From Octopus sinensis (lineage: Eukaryota), in NCBI RefSeq assembly GCF_006345805.1, contig NC_043000.1, positions 120,094,001 through 120,158,000 on the forward strand: a stretch of DNA of 64,000 nucleotides. The letters are read 5' to 3'. The notes beneath the pieces were generated by a model. That model ran no database searches. It saw only the letters and a list, made by a program, of their open reading frames with translations, and was not told the origin of the DNA. The position numbers and the translations under genes are program-made. This document shows, piece after piece, positions 1 to 12,810 of the stretch (position 1 is its first letter; each line of letters opens with the position of its first letter).

Positions 1-767
1 CTGTTAGGAGATCCTTGATATTCAGCCAGGTTAGGGCAGGTGACACGAAAGAATAGTCAGACAGACAACCAAAATGAAACACCACATCACTCTAATGATA
101 TTGGCTGATTTGCCAGGAAGTCAACTACAACATGAAGAATAATTGTACAGTCTCTCTCTCTCTGTTTCTGTCTGTATGTCAGTCTATAATACATACCTCT
201 ATTCCTATTTATACTGCATCAGGGTAGAAATAAATTAATGATATATTCAAGGTTAACTTTCCACTTAGTATTGAATCTTTGAATTGGTGACTTGAATTAA
301 AAAAAAAAAAATAATAAAATAAAATAAAATAGATAAATAAATTTTTTTCCTCCTCTTCTTCACATTTTAGTCTTTTATTTTCTGTAATTTCCTGGTGTGT
401 CATTATTTCTTGTTAATCACTATGATCTAGCAGGAAATTCTGGAATGTTCCTTGCTTCCTGTTGCCTTGTTTTTCATTTATTTATTTTTTTTTCTAGTTT
501 TATTATTGTCTCTATTATTACTGCCTTGGTCATCTTCTCTTTACCAACTAGAGACATGTGGTGCTATTTCCATTGTTTCTCTTCCCCTCCTTCCTCTCTT
601 TTCCCTCTTCCCCCCCTCTCTCTATGCTGTTATGTTAATATATCTGTTTATTCATCTGTCTTTGTCAGCTCAGAGATAACGGAATGTATGTATCATTCAT
701 GGCAACATTGCAATGACAGACCCAAATTGCTTCTACCTACTGACAGATTAACCATTTCACCTTTACC

Positions 768-884
768 GCATCATGGCTATGTGGTTAAGAAGCTTGATTG
801 GCAACCACATGGTTTTAGGTTCAGTCATACTATGCGGCACCTTGGCCCAGGGCAAGCTTTGTGAGTAAATTTGGTGAAGGTAAA
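768..884 (+). mobile_element. tRNA-derived SINE family 1, degraded 5' part
   Basis: Matches the head GGCTGTGTGGTAAG...GGTTCAGTCCCACTGCGTGGCACC seen intact at 11814. Confidence 0.7.
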
Positions 885-1169
885 AAAATCTGGTATCTCA
901 TTATAAAAATTTTGGTTTGTGTATACACACAAACACACACACATATCAATTCTGTGTGACACACAAGAATGGAAAAGTGGACATTAAACACACACAAACC
1001 ATCATCATCATCATCATCATCTCCTCCTCCTCTTCCTTCTTCTTCTTCTCCTCCGCCAAGTACCTTTCACTTTTATTGTTTATTGGAAGTGAAAGATATT
1101 TGCATGGTGATACTGAGGCCCATGTATAAATATCATGCAGTGTCAAGGCAATCAGGTACAATTCACCCC

Positions 1170-1192
1170 ACTGTAAATATATATATGTATGT

Positions 1193-1236
<44 letters not shown>

Positions 1237-1440
1237 AGTGTGTATGTATATATATATATATGTGTATGTATATGTATATATGTGTGTGTGTGTATATATA
1301 TATGTGTGTGTGTGTGTGTGTATATATATGTATATATATATGTATATATATGTATATATATGTATATATATATGTATATGTATGTATATGTATATATATG
1401 TATATATATATGTATATTTATGTGTATATGTATATATATA

Positions 1441-1478
<38 letters not shown>

Positions 1479-1479
1479 G
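1170..1479. repeat. compound (TA)n/(TG)n microsatellite
   Basis: Seen directly. Confidence 0.95.
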
Positions 1480-1480
1480 A

Positions 1481-1702
1481 TGAGGGGGTGCTGTAAAGTC
1501 CCTGGTTTAGGGTAAAAAAAAAATACAGGCGGATCAGTTAATTATGATTTTATTCAGCATATTCCCCTCTCAGATTCACTTAATTATTGCAGGGATCCTT
1601 CAATTTTTCTGTACCCTATAAAAGAACTCAGAAAGTTGAATCTCTAACAAGGCCTTTTGCGAAACCCTTAAAGCTAGGAATTCTTCAACACCCACTTTCT
1701 TA
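1481..1702. mobile_element. mariner-type MITE
   Basis: Imperfect terminal inverted repeats GAGGGGGTGCTGTAAAGTCCCTGG / CTAGGAATTCTTCAACACCC, in a TA-repeat context. Confidence 0.55.
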
Positions 1703-2355
1703 TATATATATGTGTGTGTGTATTAATATAGCAGCATCAGTGCCAAGCAGTGATGTAGAATAAATATGTCTGTGACATATTTCAATTTCTCAAGGCAAAT
1801 TCATTGCAGTTGGTGTGAAGAAAAAAAATCGTCTCCTATGGTTAAATATGTAAAAACACCTTACACCTTTTACCATAAGAGAGAATTTTTTTCTCAGTGG
1901 TAATTGCAGTGAATTTGCCTTGGGAAGTTTGAATATATCACAAATAAAGGCACTGGGGTCGATTCATTCGACTAAGAATTCTTCACATTAGTGCTCCAGC
2001 ATGGCCACAGTCTAATGACTGAAACAAGTAAAAGATAAAAGGAGCATTGGTCAGTTTGAGCTTATAGTAGAGTCCACTTGCCCCAGGGTACAGATCTTTT
2101 TGGTTTGAACAGCAGTTTTTAACATAATTTCTAGGTAACTAAAAAATTTTAAACTTCATATACTGGTAGAATGTGTTTATAAAACAACTTTTTCTGTTGG
2201 CTTTATTGAGAAAATTCTATAGTTTGTAAGATATTTGTTGTTTTTTTTTCTTCAATTTCTGCAATTTCAACCAATCACTGACGTCTTTTGAGGTAAAAAA
2301 AAACATTATGTGCCGTATGAATATGTCCCTCGTTTAAGAAACAGATTGGGTTTAC

Positions 2356-2552
2356 TCTCTTTTACTTGTTTCAGTCATTTGACTGCGGCCATGTTGGAGC
2401 ACTGCCTTTAGTCGAGCAAATCGACCCTGGGACTTATTCTTTGTAAGCACAGTACTTATTCTATCGGTCTCTTTTGCCGAACCGCTAAGTGACGGGGACG
2501 TAAACACACCAGCATTGATTGTCAAGCAATGCTAGGGGGACAAACACACACA

Positions 2553-2590
<38 letters not shown>

Positions 2591-2638
2591 TATGACAGGC
2601 TTCTTTCAGTTTCCATCTACCAAATCCACTCACAAGGC
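2356..2638 (-). mobile_element. SINE family 1, 3' two-thirds
   Basis: Reverse complement of the body and tail of the 11814-12219 copy. Confidence 0.85.
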
Positions 2639-3174
2639 ATTTGTGAATAAAAAAAAGATACCCTTCCCCCACCCCTAACCCTAACCCTAAAACAGATTGA
2701 AATGCAATAGATCGATACTAGGGTCATAATTATGGGTGACAATTTCATATGACACCGCTAGAAAAAACTGCCATTCAAACCAGAAAGATCCTATGGTACT
2801 GAACCCAAAACTACAGGTCCATGTGGTAGGGTGGCACACTTTTTAAACATACAATGAGGCTTGCTACTTATATATATATGAGTAAGAATATGTTTTTTTG
2901 TTACTGGTCTGTTTTTCTATATCTTCTTATTTGTTCAGGTAATAAAAAATTTTCACCTCCACATAAAACTGCTATTCTGACATCCTGTTAAAAATTAATA
3001 TTTGCCCTCAAGGGGGAAAAAAATTTCTCAAAATAAAAACTGTCACTGGATAAAGTGAATTCAATAAATTCCTTAGAATTTTGTGAAAGTTGATTCTTAA
3101 AAGAAATTCACTTGAAAATTTTTGCGACTTATTCAGATATTTTCTGATTTTGCCTCTCAGTAACCACTCAAATG

Positions 3175-3201
3175 CTTGCATGCACCTGCACACACACATA
3201 C

Positions 3202-3239
<38 letters not shown>

Positions 3240-3950
3240 AATGCACACTTATGTATATTTGAGTATGTGTGTGTAAATATATATATTTACACACACACAC
3301 ACACACCTATACATAAATGTATGTGTGTATATATACATGCATCCACATATAATGCATATGCAGCATGTATGTGTACATATATATATATATGTATGCGCGC
3401 GTGTGTGTGTATTTATATTATTTGTATGTATTTGTATATAATACGTATGTATATATGTATGTGTGTGTATATATATATATGTGTATATATATATGTGTGT
3501 ATATATATATATATATATTTATATTATATGTATATATAGTTTGTATATACACAACTATATAATATATTTGTATGTATTTGTATATAATACGTATGTATGT
3601 ATGTGTGTGTATATATATATTTTTTATTTATATATATGTATATTTACATATTTATACACATGTATTTATATATATATATGTATATATATATATACACACA
3701 CACACACACATATTTATATATATATATGTATATATATATATACACACACACACACACATATTTATATATATAATGAGGATGATCTAATGCTCATATTTAT
3801 GTAATTATATATTATATATACACACACACCACACACACACATATATATATATATACACACACACACAAACACACTTATATATACATGCATGCAGCACTCA
3901 TAGCGTGTTTGTCTTTACATATATATATACACATACATACATACACACAC
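3175..3950. repeat. compound CA/TA/TG microsatellite field
   Basis: Seen directly. Confidence 0.9.
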
Positions 3951-4656
3951 TCATCACAAAGACAAGGATGATGATAAAAATATATATTCGGATCAAAGAT
4001 TCAAACACAAAATTATAAAACCGAATGGTATTTTCATAATTGAATATTTCAAATGTAAGGAAAAATCCACAAATGCCAGTTAAATATTCAAACGTGACAG
4101 ATAATTGCATTTCCTATGCAAGCAAAATGTTATACTGTTTATGTGAATATTTTATTGTGCACCCCCCCCTGCTTCATTTGATATGTAATACCATATATTT
4201 AGGTACGTATGGTAAAATTTAAAATTTGAATTTTTTTCGCGCATGTGTTTGTGTGCGAGAGAGCTGGTACAAGCGTGTGTGTTTGTCTGGATACGTTTCT
4301 GTGTTATTGGAGGATTCTTATAAACTTTTCTGACGTCTTGTTTCTGTGTTTTTTTGTTTTTGTTTTTGTTTTTGTTTTTTTTTTTATTCTTTTAGCGTAG
4401 ATCTCAGTTCTGAATAATTTTTGTCTTTTATATATATATTTTTTTTTCATCTTTTGCTGTCGAAGCTTTGCTGGAAACGAAGTTGTTAAGCCTGTTATCT
4501 CTTTTATCATATTAAGCTTCGAATGTTTTCATATACAAATAACATACATATAAATGCATGCACACACAAACAAACAAACACACACACACTATGAATGCTA
4601 TGCTATGTATGCATGTATATATATGTGTATATATATTATGTGTATATACATTTGTG

Positions 4657-4688
<32 letters not shown>

Positions 4689-4807
4689 CTCGTTGCATGT
4701 GAGTTCCTGTCTCGCTACACACATATATAATATATATGTATATATATTATATATGAAATTATTTTTATATTATATATTATTATGTATATATTATATATAT
4801 ATATAAT

Positions 4808-5775
4808 ATGGTATGGTCATGTGTTGTGAATGGATGAGGACAGCTGTGTGAAAATGTCACACCCTATCAGTTGGGGGAACCTGCGGAAGAGGTAGACCCA
4901 GAAACACCTGGGATGAGGTGGTGAAGTACGACCTTCGAACATTGGGCCTCACTGAGGCAATGACAAGTGTCCGAGACCTTTGGACATATGCTGTGCTTGA
5001 GAAGACCCGGCAAGCCAATTGAGACCATAACCATGGCCTGTGCCACTGCTGTATAACCAACCCATTTAAGAGTACCCTTCAATCACTGGACAATAAACTA
5101 TGCTTGCAAAGACCTGTTGAGGCAAGTGAAATCACTGTCATGGCCGATAGCAGTACTGCCTGATAAGCACCTGTGGCAGTGGAACATTAAAAACATTATT
5201 TGACCATGATCGTTGCCAGGGCTGCTGACTGGCTCCCATGCTGGTGGCATGTAAAAAGGCACCATTTGAATGTGGCTCCTGTGCAGGTGGAATGTAAAAC
5301 GCACCATTTGAGCATGGCTGATGCCATTACCACCTATTTCTTTATTACCCACAAGGGCTAAATACAGAGGGGACAAACAAGGACAGACATAGGTATTAAG
5401 TCGATTACATCGACCCCAGTGCGTAACTGGTACTTAATTTATCGACCCCGAAAGGATGAAAGGCAAAGTCGACCTCAGCGGAATTTGAACTCACAACGTA
5501 ACACAGACGAAATACCGCTAAGCATTTTGCCCCGCGTGCTAACATTTCTGCCAGCTCGCCGCCTTTACCACCTGACTGGCCCTCGTGCCGGTGGCACGTA
5601 AAAGCACCCACTACACTCTCAGAGTAGTTGGCGTAAGGAAGGGCATCCAGCTGTAGAAACTTTGCCAGATCAGATTGGAGACTGGTGGAGCCTTCTGGCT
5701 CTCCAGCCCCCACTCAAATCATCCAACCCATGCTAGCATGGAAAGCAGATGTTAAACAATGATTATGATGATGAT
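4808..5775 (+). mobile_element. 5'-truncated RTE-clade LINE: ORF C-terminus plus 3' UTR with tandem units and (GAT)n tail
   Basis: Translates as WYGHVL*MDEDSCVK...GRGRPRNTWDEVVKYDLRTLGLTEAMTSVRDLW, followed by GTGCCGGTGGCACGTAAAAGCACC units, AGGAAGGGCATCCAGCTGTAGAAAC and a GATGATGAT tail. Confidence 0.8.
5336..5565 (-). mobile_element. tRNA-derived SINE family 2 inserted in the RTE 3' UTR
   Basis: Head GGCGGCGAGCTGGCAGAA on the minus strand; 8-bp TSD TACCACCT at 5328-5335 and 5566-5573. Confidence 0.9.
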
Positions 5776-6051
5776 GATACATATATATGTGTGTATCTAT
5801 GTTTTGAATCCACTCACTAGGCTGTGGTCAGATTGAGGCTATAGTAGAAGACACTTGCCTAAGGTGTACAGTACCCTGGACAAATGTTTCTACTAATAAC
5901 CATGGGCCAAAGAAAGTTTTGCGAGCAGATTAGGAAATCTCTGACATGTTTTTCCAACATGTACAACTTTGTAATTCCTATTAATGAAAGAAATGTGTAA
6001 AGGTGAATTAATAACACCAAACAATTTTCCAATTCCCCCTTTTGTTATATG

Positions 6052-7309
6052 CAGGGGTTGGACAAAATAATGGTGACACCTTAAAATTTCAAACAAATTT
6101 ATTCTAATATGGTGTAGGACCGCCTTTGGCAGTAATTTCAGCTTGAATTCTACAAGTTTTGGATTTGTACAATGTTTGAATTGTTTCCAAAGGAATTTTT
6201 GTCCATTTTTCGGCTAAAACAGTCTCCAGTTCTTGTAGTGATGATGGTAGAGGATATTGACTCCTTACTTGTTTTTCTAAAATGCACAACAAATGTTCAA
6301 TAACATTGAGATCTGGGGACTGTGGTGGCCAGATAAGATGTTCAACTTCACTAGAATGTTCCTTGCACCATTCAGTAACAACTTTAACTGTGTGATTTGG
6401 TGCATTATCATCCTGAAAGATTGCGTTTACCTCCGGAAACAGTTCCACAACCATAGGATGAATTTGATCAAGTAAAATGCTTAAATAGTCTTCACTATTA
6501 ATTCTGCCATGAAGGGAAACCATTGGGCTGACAGATTTCCAAGATATAACCCCTCCAAATCATCACAGATCCTCCTCCATGTTTAACAGTTGGAACAAGG
6601 CAATTTGGGTCAATTGCTTCTTTTGGCTGTCTCCACACATATACTTGGCTGATGATCGGAAATAAGGTAAAGAATAACTCGTCCGAGAAAATAACATTCT
6701 TTCACTGTTCTAGGGACCAATTCCATAGGTTTTAACTCCACTCTAAACCTTTGCAACATTCGTTTTTGAAAGTAGTGGTTTTCTGATTGCAGCCCTCTCA
6801 AGAAATCCAGATTTGTGCAGCTCCCGGTGAACAGCTTTTGTGGAAACTGGGTTCTCAAAGTGGTCATTAAGCTCTACAGTAATTTTGGGAGCTGTAGTTT
6901 TGTGATCCTTTCTAACAATTTGCATAAGAGTCCGACAGTCCCTATCTGAAAGTTTTGGTTTTCTTCCAGAGTTTTGTTTTGATGAGGAGGTTTTTCCCTC
7001 TTTCTCAAAGGTTGACAGTACTTCTTGATACACCAAGCATTTCGGCTATTTTCATTATGCTAGCACCTGCCATACGAGTACCAACAATTTGACCTCTTTG
7101 AAAGTCTGATAGATCTGTCATTTTAAAGAATTTTAATTGCCTTTTTTGATGATATCTGAAAAAAACAGCAATTTTAGCCAAACATATTAAGCTACATTAA
7201 TAATAAATAAAAAAAACATAAAAATAAACAAGCTTTTGACAGTTTTATAGATATATCAAAATTATGATACTATGATGCTAGGTGTTTCCATTATTTTGCC
7301 CAACCCCTG
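6052..7309 (-). mobile_element. full-length Tc1-like DNA transposon (1258 bp)
   Basis: TIRs CAGGGGTTGGACAAAATAATGGTGACACC / GGTGTTTCCATTATTTTGCCCAACCCCTG enclose a transposase. Confidence 0.95.
6104..7121 (-). pseudogene. frameshifted Tc1-family transposase, DD36E
   Basis: MTDLSDFQRGQIVG..., GRKPKLS, VIFSDE, TVKHGGGSVMIW and FQDDNAPNH...WPPQSPDLNVIE are spread over several frames. Confidence 0.9.
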
Positions 7310-8104
7310 TGTATATGTATGTGTGTGGGTGCATGTGTGTGTGTTTATGTGTACCTTTGTCTAAGCATCACGTGATAGATATTACTGAGTGTCACCATTT
7401 TACAAGTAATATTATTGATTTCCAGTTAGCCATGAAAAGTGTGTCTAGCTATGGGAAAATATTACTTTGCTTTGAAAACAAATGAGGGTTGGGGACAGGA
7501 AGGACATCCAGCTGTAGAAATTCTCCCGCAGCAAATTCCAACAATGATGATGATGATTATGATGGTGGTGGTGACGATGATGTTTTTCACTTGGCATACG
7601 CTGATAATTTTATATACTTGTAACAAACAGAAATGTTTAAATGTTAAAATGTGGGAGACTCTAATGTGTCAGCTCTTCCATCTTTAAGATCAATGAAGCA
7701 CATTTTGTATAATGTCTTCTGATATAATCTGTGCCGGGAAAAAAAGAAAAAAACGGGAAGGTCTCAGTTAGAATACCTTTGATGAAAAGTCTGCTTGATC
7801 AAGGGCTTACCTGGGGTTAAACAGCAGCATAGAGATAGTCAAAGCATTTTCCAGTTAAGATGCTGGATTTTGGTTTTCACCTGATGGGCTTAAATTGTAA
7901 CCTTGTTGCATGTTACTGTAACTGCGTCTCTGCATGTATCTGTATTTGCGTTCCACCGGTATGTGTTTACATAATTGTACATTTCTCTATCTCCGACTGT
8001 GTCTACATACACTTGCACGCATCAGTAGATTTCTACAGCTATATATATACATATATAACGAATCCATACATATATAACGAATCCATGATTCGGATTACGT
8101 AAAA

Positions 8105-8473
8105 AGCGCTATCCAAATCGTGGACGATGCCAGCGTCGCCTCGACTGGCTTCCGTGCCGGTGGCACGTAAAAAGCACCATCCGAATCGTGGCCGATGCCA
8201 GTGCCGCCTCGACTGGCTTCCGTGCCGGTGGCACGTAAAATGCACCAATCCGACTGTGGCCGTTGCCAGCCTCGCCTGGCACCTGTGCAGGTGGCACGTA
8301 AAAAGCACCCACTACACTCAAGGAGTGGTTGGCGTTAGGAAGGGCATCCAGCTGTAGAAACACTGCCAGATAAGACTGGAGCCTGGTGCAGCCTTCTGGC
8401 TTCCCAGATCCCCGGCCGAACCGTCCAACCCATGCTAGCATGGAGAACGGACGTTAAACGATGATGATGATGA
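8105..8473 (+). mobile_element. RTE 3' UTR fragment with about 3 tandem units
   Basis: Same units and tail as the 4808-5775 element. Confidence 0.85.
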
Positions 8474-8944
8474 TATGTGAGCATGTACATATGTGTCTCT
8501 AGCTCTTCCTCTCCATTCGCATCTTTGGATGTTTATGTATGTATACACTTGTGGAAGTGTACATATATATGGCTCTGTATGGTTTCAACTGACCAACGCA
8601 TGAAAGAAAACCCTGAAATTACACACACCAAAGCTAACAGAGATATTTCAATGATGTTGGCTTCAGTTTAAAATTTTCTATAATTGTCTTTAGTTCTTGT
8701 TTTATTTCTCCACCTGTGTCTGCCAGCTTCATATGTTACATAACTTTCTTCACCATCCCCACCCCATACACTTTTTTCTCCTCACCGACCTACCTACCCC
8801 TCTTGCTCCTTCCCTCCACTCTCTTCTCTCTCTTTTTCTCTTGATCTTTATCTATCAAATTCCACTCTAGATGTTGGCATTTTTCCTTTTTGTCCTGCAG
8901 TTTCTATTTCTGTATTATAGACTCTTCACACTCTCTAATTTTAT

Positions 8945-8946
8945 TA

Positions 8947-8977
<31 letters not shown>

Positions 8978-9157
8978 TATATATATATATACATACATAC
9001 ACACACACCACACACACACACATGTACATATATATATACACACTAACATAGATACATGTGTCTGCATATATACATATACAAATATATATGTGTATATATA
9101 TATATACACACACACACATGTATATATATACATACACATATGTATATATATATATAT

Positions 9158-9190
<33 letters not shown>

Positions 9191-9236
9191 TATATATATA
9201 CACATATACATACAAATATATATGTGTGTGCATGTG

Positions 9237-9268
<32 letters not shown>

Positions 9269-9320
9269 ATATATGTAAAATGTGTATATTCTCTTTCTCT
9301 CTGTATATGTGTGCATGCGT
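8945..9320. repeat. compound TC/TA/CA microsatellite
   Basis: Seen directly. Confidence 0.9.
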
Positions 9321-10102
9321 GATTGTAATTTATTTTTGTAAACATTAATTTCTTCTGTAGTTAATTAAGCAGAGTTCTTTTTCCCTGAGTCTTTATATGA
9401 TTAAACTGATACCATGGTCCTAACACAAATATCCAACCTATGTCACTATGGCACACGGGCACAGAACGATGATTACAATGAGGATAGTGGTGGTGGTGAT
9501 GATGATTGGGACGATGATGATGATCCACTGTGTTACGTTTATCTGAGTTCCTTCTCACCTGAGCGAGATCATGGTAAGGATTGTCACATGGTTATGCTCT
9601 CCATTTCTCTCCCTCTCTCTCTCTCTCTTTCATACACACACACACACACACATGCATGCAATGTGAAACACTCAGATGTTTTCTTCCCCCTGTTTTTGAC
9701 CCCCAAAGCATCAAAGTCTTGTTTGTTGTGATCGTAGCAAGTGCAAGCTTCTCCAAAGACATCCCTCTGTGCTTTGGCAATCTAACAACGGTCTCCACCT
9801 TCAACAAGGACACCTCATGCAGCAAGCATGCACTTTCTTCAATGAACAGAGGCTGTAAAAACACCCTCCGCACGTGCACGTGTGTGTGTGTGTGTGTGTA
9901 AGTGCAATTCTGCAATAACAACAAGAACATTACTGGTGTTGATGTTGTTGTTGCTGCAGAGTTTCTTATTAATGTTTGGTTCCAGAAGAATGAAAGCCAA
10001 CATTAACTCTGCAGGGATGTGAATACAGAATATGCACAGGATGTAACTTAGTACTGTAATGCATTGAATCTGTTGCTCTACTGACTCCTCATCCTCCGAC
10101 AC

Positions 10103-10506
10103 TTGTTGTTGTTGTTGTTATCATTATTATTGTTATTATCATTATTATTATTATCATTATTATTATCATCATTATTGTTGTTATTATTATTATTAACATT
10201 ATTATTATTATTAACATTATTATTATTATTATTATTATCATTATTGTTGTTGTTGTTACTGTTATTATTATTATTATTGTTGTTGTTATTGTTATTGTTA
10301 TTATTATTGTTGTTATTATTATTGTTGTTATTGTTATTATTATCATTATTATTATTATCGTTATTATTATCATTGTTATTATTATTGTTATTATTGTTAT
10401 TATTATCATTCTTGTTATTATTATTATTATCATCATTATTGTTATTATTAATATCATTATTGTTGTTGTTACTGTTATTATTATTATTATTGTTGTTGTT
10501 GTTGTT
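10103..10506. repeat. cryptic (ATT/GTT)n trinucleotide repeat
   Basis: Seen directly; source of the poly-L and poly-I ORFs. Confidence 0.95.
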
Positions 10507-11033
10507 AAGGTCATTAGCATGCTAAGCAAAATGCTTAGCGTTATTTCATTTGTCCTTGCATTCTGATTTCAAATTCCGCCATAGTTGGCTTCACCTTACA
10601 TCCTTCCAGAGTTGGTAAAATAAGTACCAGTTGGACACTGGGGTCGATATAATCACTATCCCCTCCCCTAACATTTCAGGCCTTGTGCCTTTAGTACAGT
10701 GATTCCTAAAGAGGGTGGGGGTGGTAAAAAAGGGGTGGGTGAGGGAAAGTGAAAAAAATGAGGTGGGGGAGGTGAAGGAAAATGGAGTGGCCAAAAGGGG
10801 ACAATGGATGTAAAAAAGAAAAATACCCCAAATAATGGGTTAATTATGTAAAGTTTTATTTGTGAAATATAGTTGTTTTGAATTTGCTGCAGAAGTGGTC
10901 TATGTATGTGGGTGCAAATGGTGGGGTGGGTGCTAGAGCATAAAGGAGCGGCACCCTGCAAAAGTTTGGAAACCACTGCTTTAGTAAATAGGGATTATTA
11001 TTATTATCATTATTATTTCTTTATTGCCCACAA

Positions 11034-11240
11034 GGGGGTAAACATAGAGGGGACAAACAAGGACAAAGGAGTTAAGTCAATTACATCGACCCCAATGCGT
11101 AACTGGTACTTAATTTATCGACCCCGAAAGGATGAAAGGCAAAGTCGACCTTGACAGAATTTGAACTCAGAATGTAGCGACAGACGAAATACCGCTAAGC
11201 ATTTCGCCCGGCGTGCTAACAGTTCTGCCAGCTCGCCGCC
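11034..11240 (-). mobile_element. SINE family 2
   Basis: Near full-length match to the 5336-5565 copy; further degraded copies at about 10520-10700, 11255-11400 and 11455-11670. Confidence 0.85.
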
Positions 11241-11677
11241 CTATCATTATTATGGTAGCATGCTGGTAAAATTGTTAGCACCCTGGACAAAATGCTTAGT
11301 GGCATTTCATCCGTCTGCTCATTCTGAGTTCAAATTCCACTGATATCAGGGTTGCCTTTCATTCGTTCAGGGTGGATAAAATAAGAACTGAGGTCGATGT
11401 AATTGATTTCCCCCTCCTCTCAAAGACTGCTACCCCTGTGTCAAAATTCGAAAACACGAAGGCACCAAGCTGGCAGAATTGTTATCAAACCAAAAATGCT
11501 TTGTGGTGTTTCTTCCAGGTAAATGTTCTGAGTCCAAATTTCACTGAGATCAACTTTACTTTTCATCCTTTTGGAGTTTCTAAAATAAGTACCAGGTTGA
11601 CCTTGGGGTCAATATAATCAACTTACCTCTCCTCCCAAATTTTAGGCTTTGTACCAATAGTAGAAAGGATTATCATT

Positions 11678-11796
11678 GTTTACAACCATATCACTTTGAA
11701 AACACTGGTTCTCGCCCGATCATCAAAGTTAAGCAAAGTCGAGCCTAGTTTGTACTTAGATGGGTGACCGCTTGGGAAACTAGGTGCTGTAAACAT
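11678..11796 (+). rRNA. 5S rRNA, dispersed full-length copy, probably a retrocopy or orphon
   Basis: GTTTACAACCATATCACTTTGAAAACACTGGTTCTCGCCCGATCATCAAAGTTAAGCAAAGTCGAGCCTAGTTTGTACTTAGATGGGTGACCGCTTGGGAAACTAGGTGCTGTAAAC. Box A and box C motifs and the helices are recognisable; no oligo-T terminator follows. Confidence 0.85.
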
Positions 11797-11813
11797 AAAA
11801 GATAAATGCTATA

Positions 11814-12219
11814 GGCATAGGAGTGGCTGTGTGGTAAGTAGCTTGCTTACGAACCACAGGGTTCCGGGTTCAGTCCCACTGCGTGGCACCTTGGGCAAGT
11901 GTCTTCTGCTATAGTCTCAGGCCGACCAAAGCCTTGTTAGTGGATTTGGTAGACGGAAACTGAAAGAAGCCTGTTGTATATATATACATGTATATATGTG
12001 TATGTGTGTGTTTATATATTGTGTGTCTGTGTTTGTCCCACCAACATCACTTCACATTCGATGCTGGTGTGTTTACGCCCCCATAACTTAATGGTTCAGC
12101 AAACGAGGCCGATAGAATAAGTACTAGGCTTACAAAGAATAAGTCCTGGGGTTGATTTTCTCGACTAAAGGTGGTGCTCCAGCATGGCCACAGTCAAATG
12201 ACTGAAGCAAGGGAAAGAG
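11814..12219 (+). mobile_element. SINE family 1, full length
   Basis: tRNA-like head with A/B boxes, internal microsatellite, tail GTGCTCCAGCATGGCCACAGTCAAATGACTGAA. Confidence 0.9.
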
Positions 12220-12810
12220 TACAGCACTGTTTAGAGTATTGTCACTATTTAGCCTAGATTGATCTATTTTGTCATGATGTATCTAAACCATTTGAGCTGA
12301 AGAAGCAGAACAATAAAATAATTATATCTTGCAATCAACAGACATGTTTGTCCAGTCCCAGGCAAAACCAAAATCATCACGGTCCCCATTGTGACTTCAT
12401 AGCAAGATCCTCTCTGGCTCAAATTACATTCACACATCCATCGCAGATAGATGCATCTTCATTTATTTTTGATCCTTCCCTTCAAACACTCATTCATTGA
12501 AATCAACGGTGGGGTGACCATCGCCGTCATTTTTATTATTGGTTTCTTTCTTGCTTGGCATCACTATGCCATTCCTGGTGGGGAAAGAATAGCTGTGATA
12601 TTCATGCCTTTCTAAGAAAATTAATGCCCTACAGTGAAGTGAATGCCTTAGAAATTGCTGTTATTATTTGTTGTTGGTATGTGAGTGGAATCATTTTAGT
12701 ATTGTGTAAAACAAAAAAATCATTATAGAGGAGGAATTTGTTATGTATAATTGGTCTATACTATAATAAAGAAAGCTACTCGTTAATTAATTATATATAA
12801 AAAAAATAAA

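Noticed and set aside
2673-2690. (CCCTAA)3 telomere-like motif
   Set aside because: Only three units, embedded in other sequence; not a telomere or a meaningful interstitial array.
4455-4490. CTGTCGA...GGAAACG hammerhead-like string
   Set aside because: Stem II register does not meet GAAA, and no stem I or stem III forms.
11814-11890. tRNA-like sequence, also at other SINE heads
   Set aside because: It continues into a SINE body and lacks a complete cloverleaf; not a tRNA gene.
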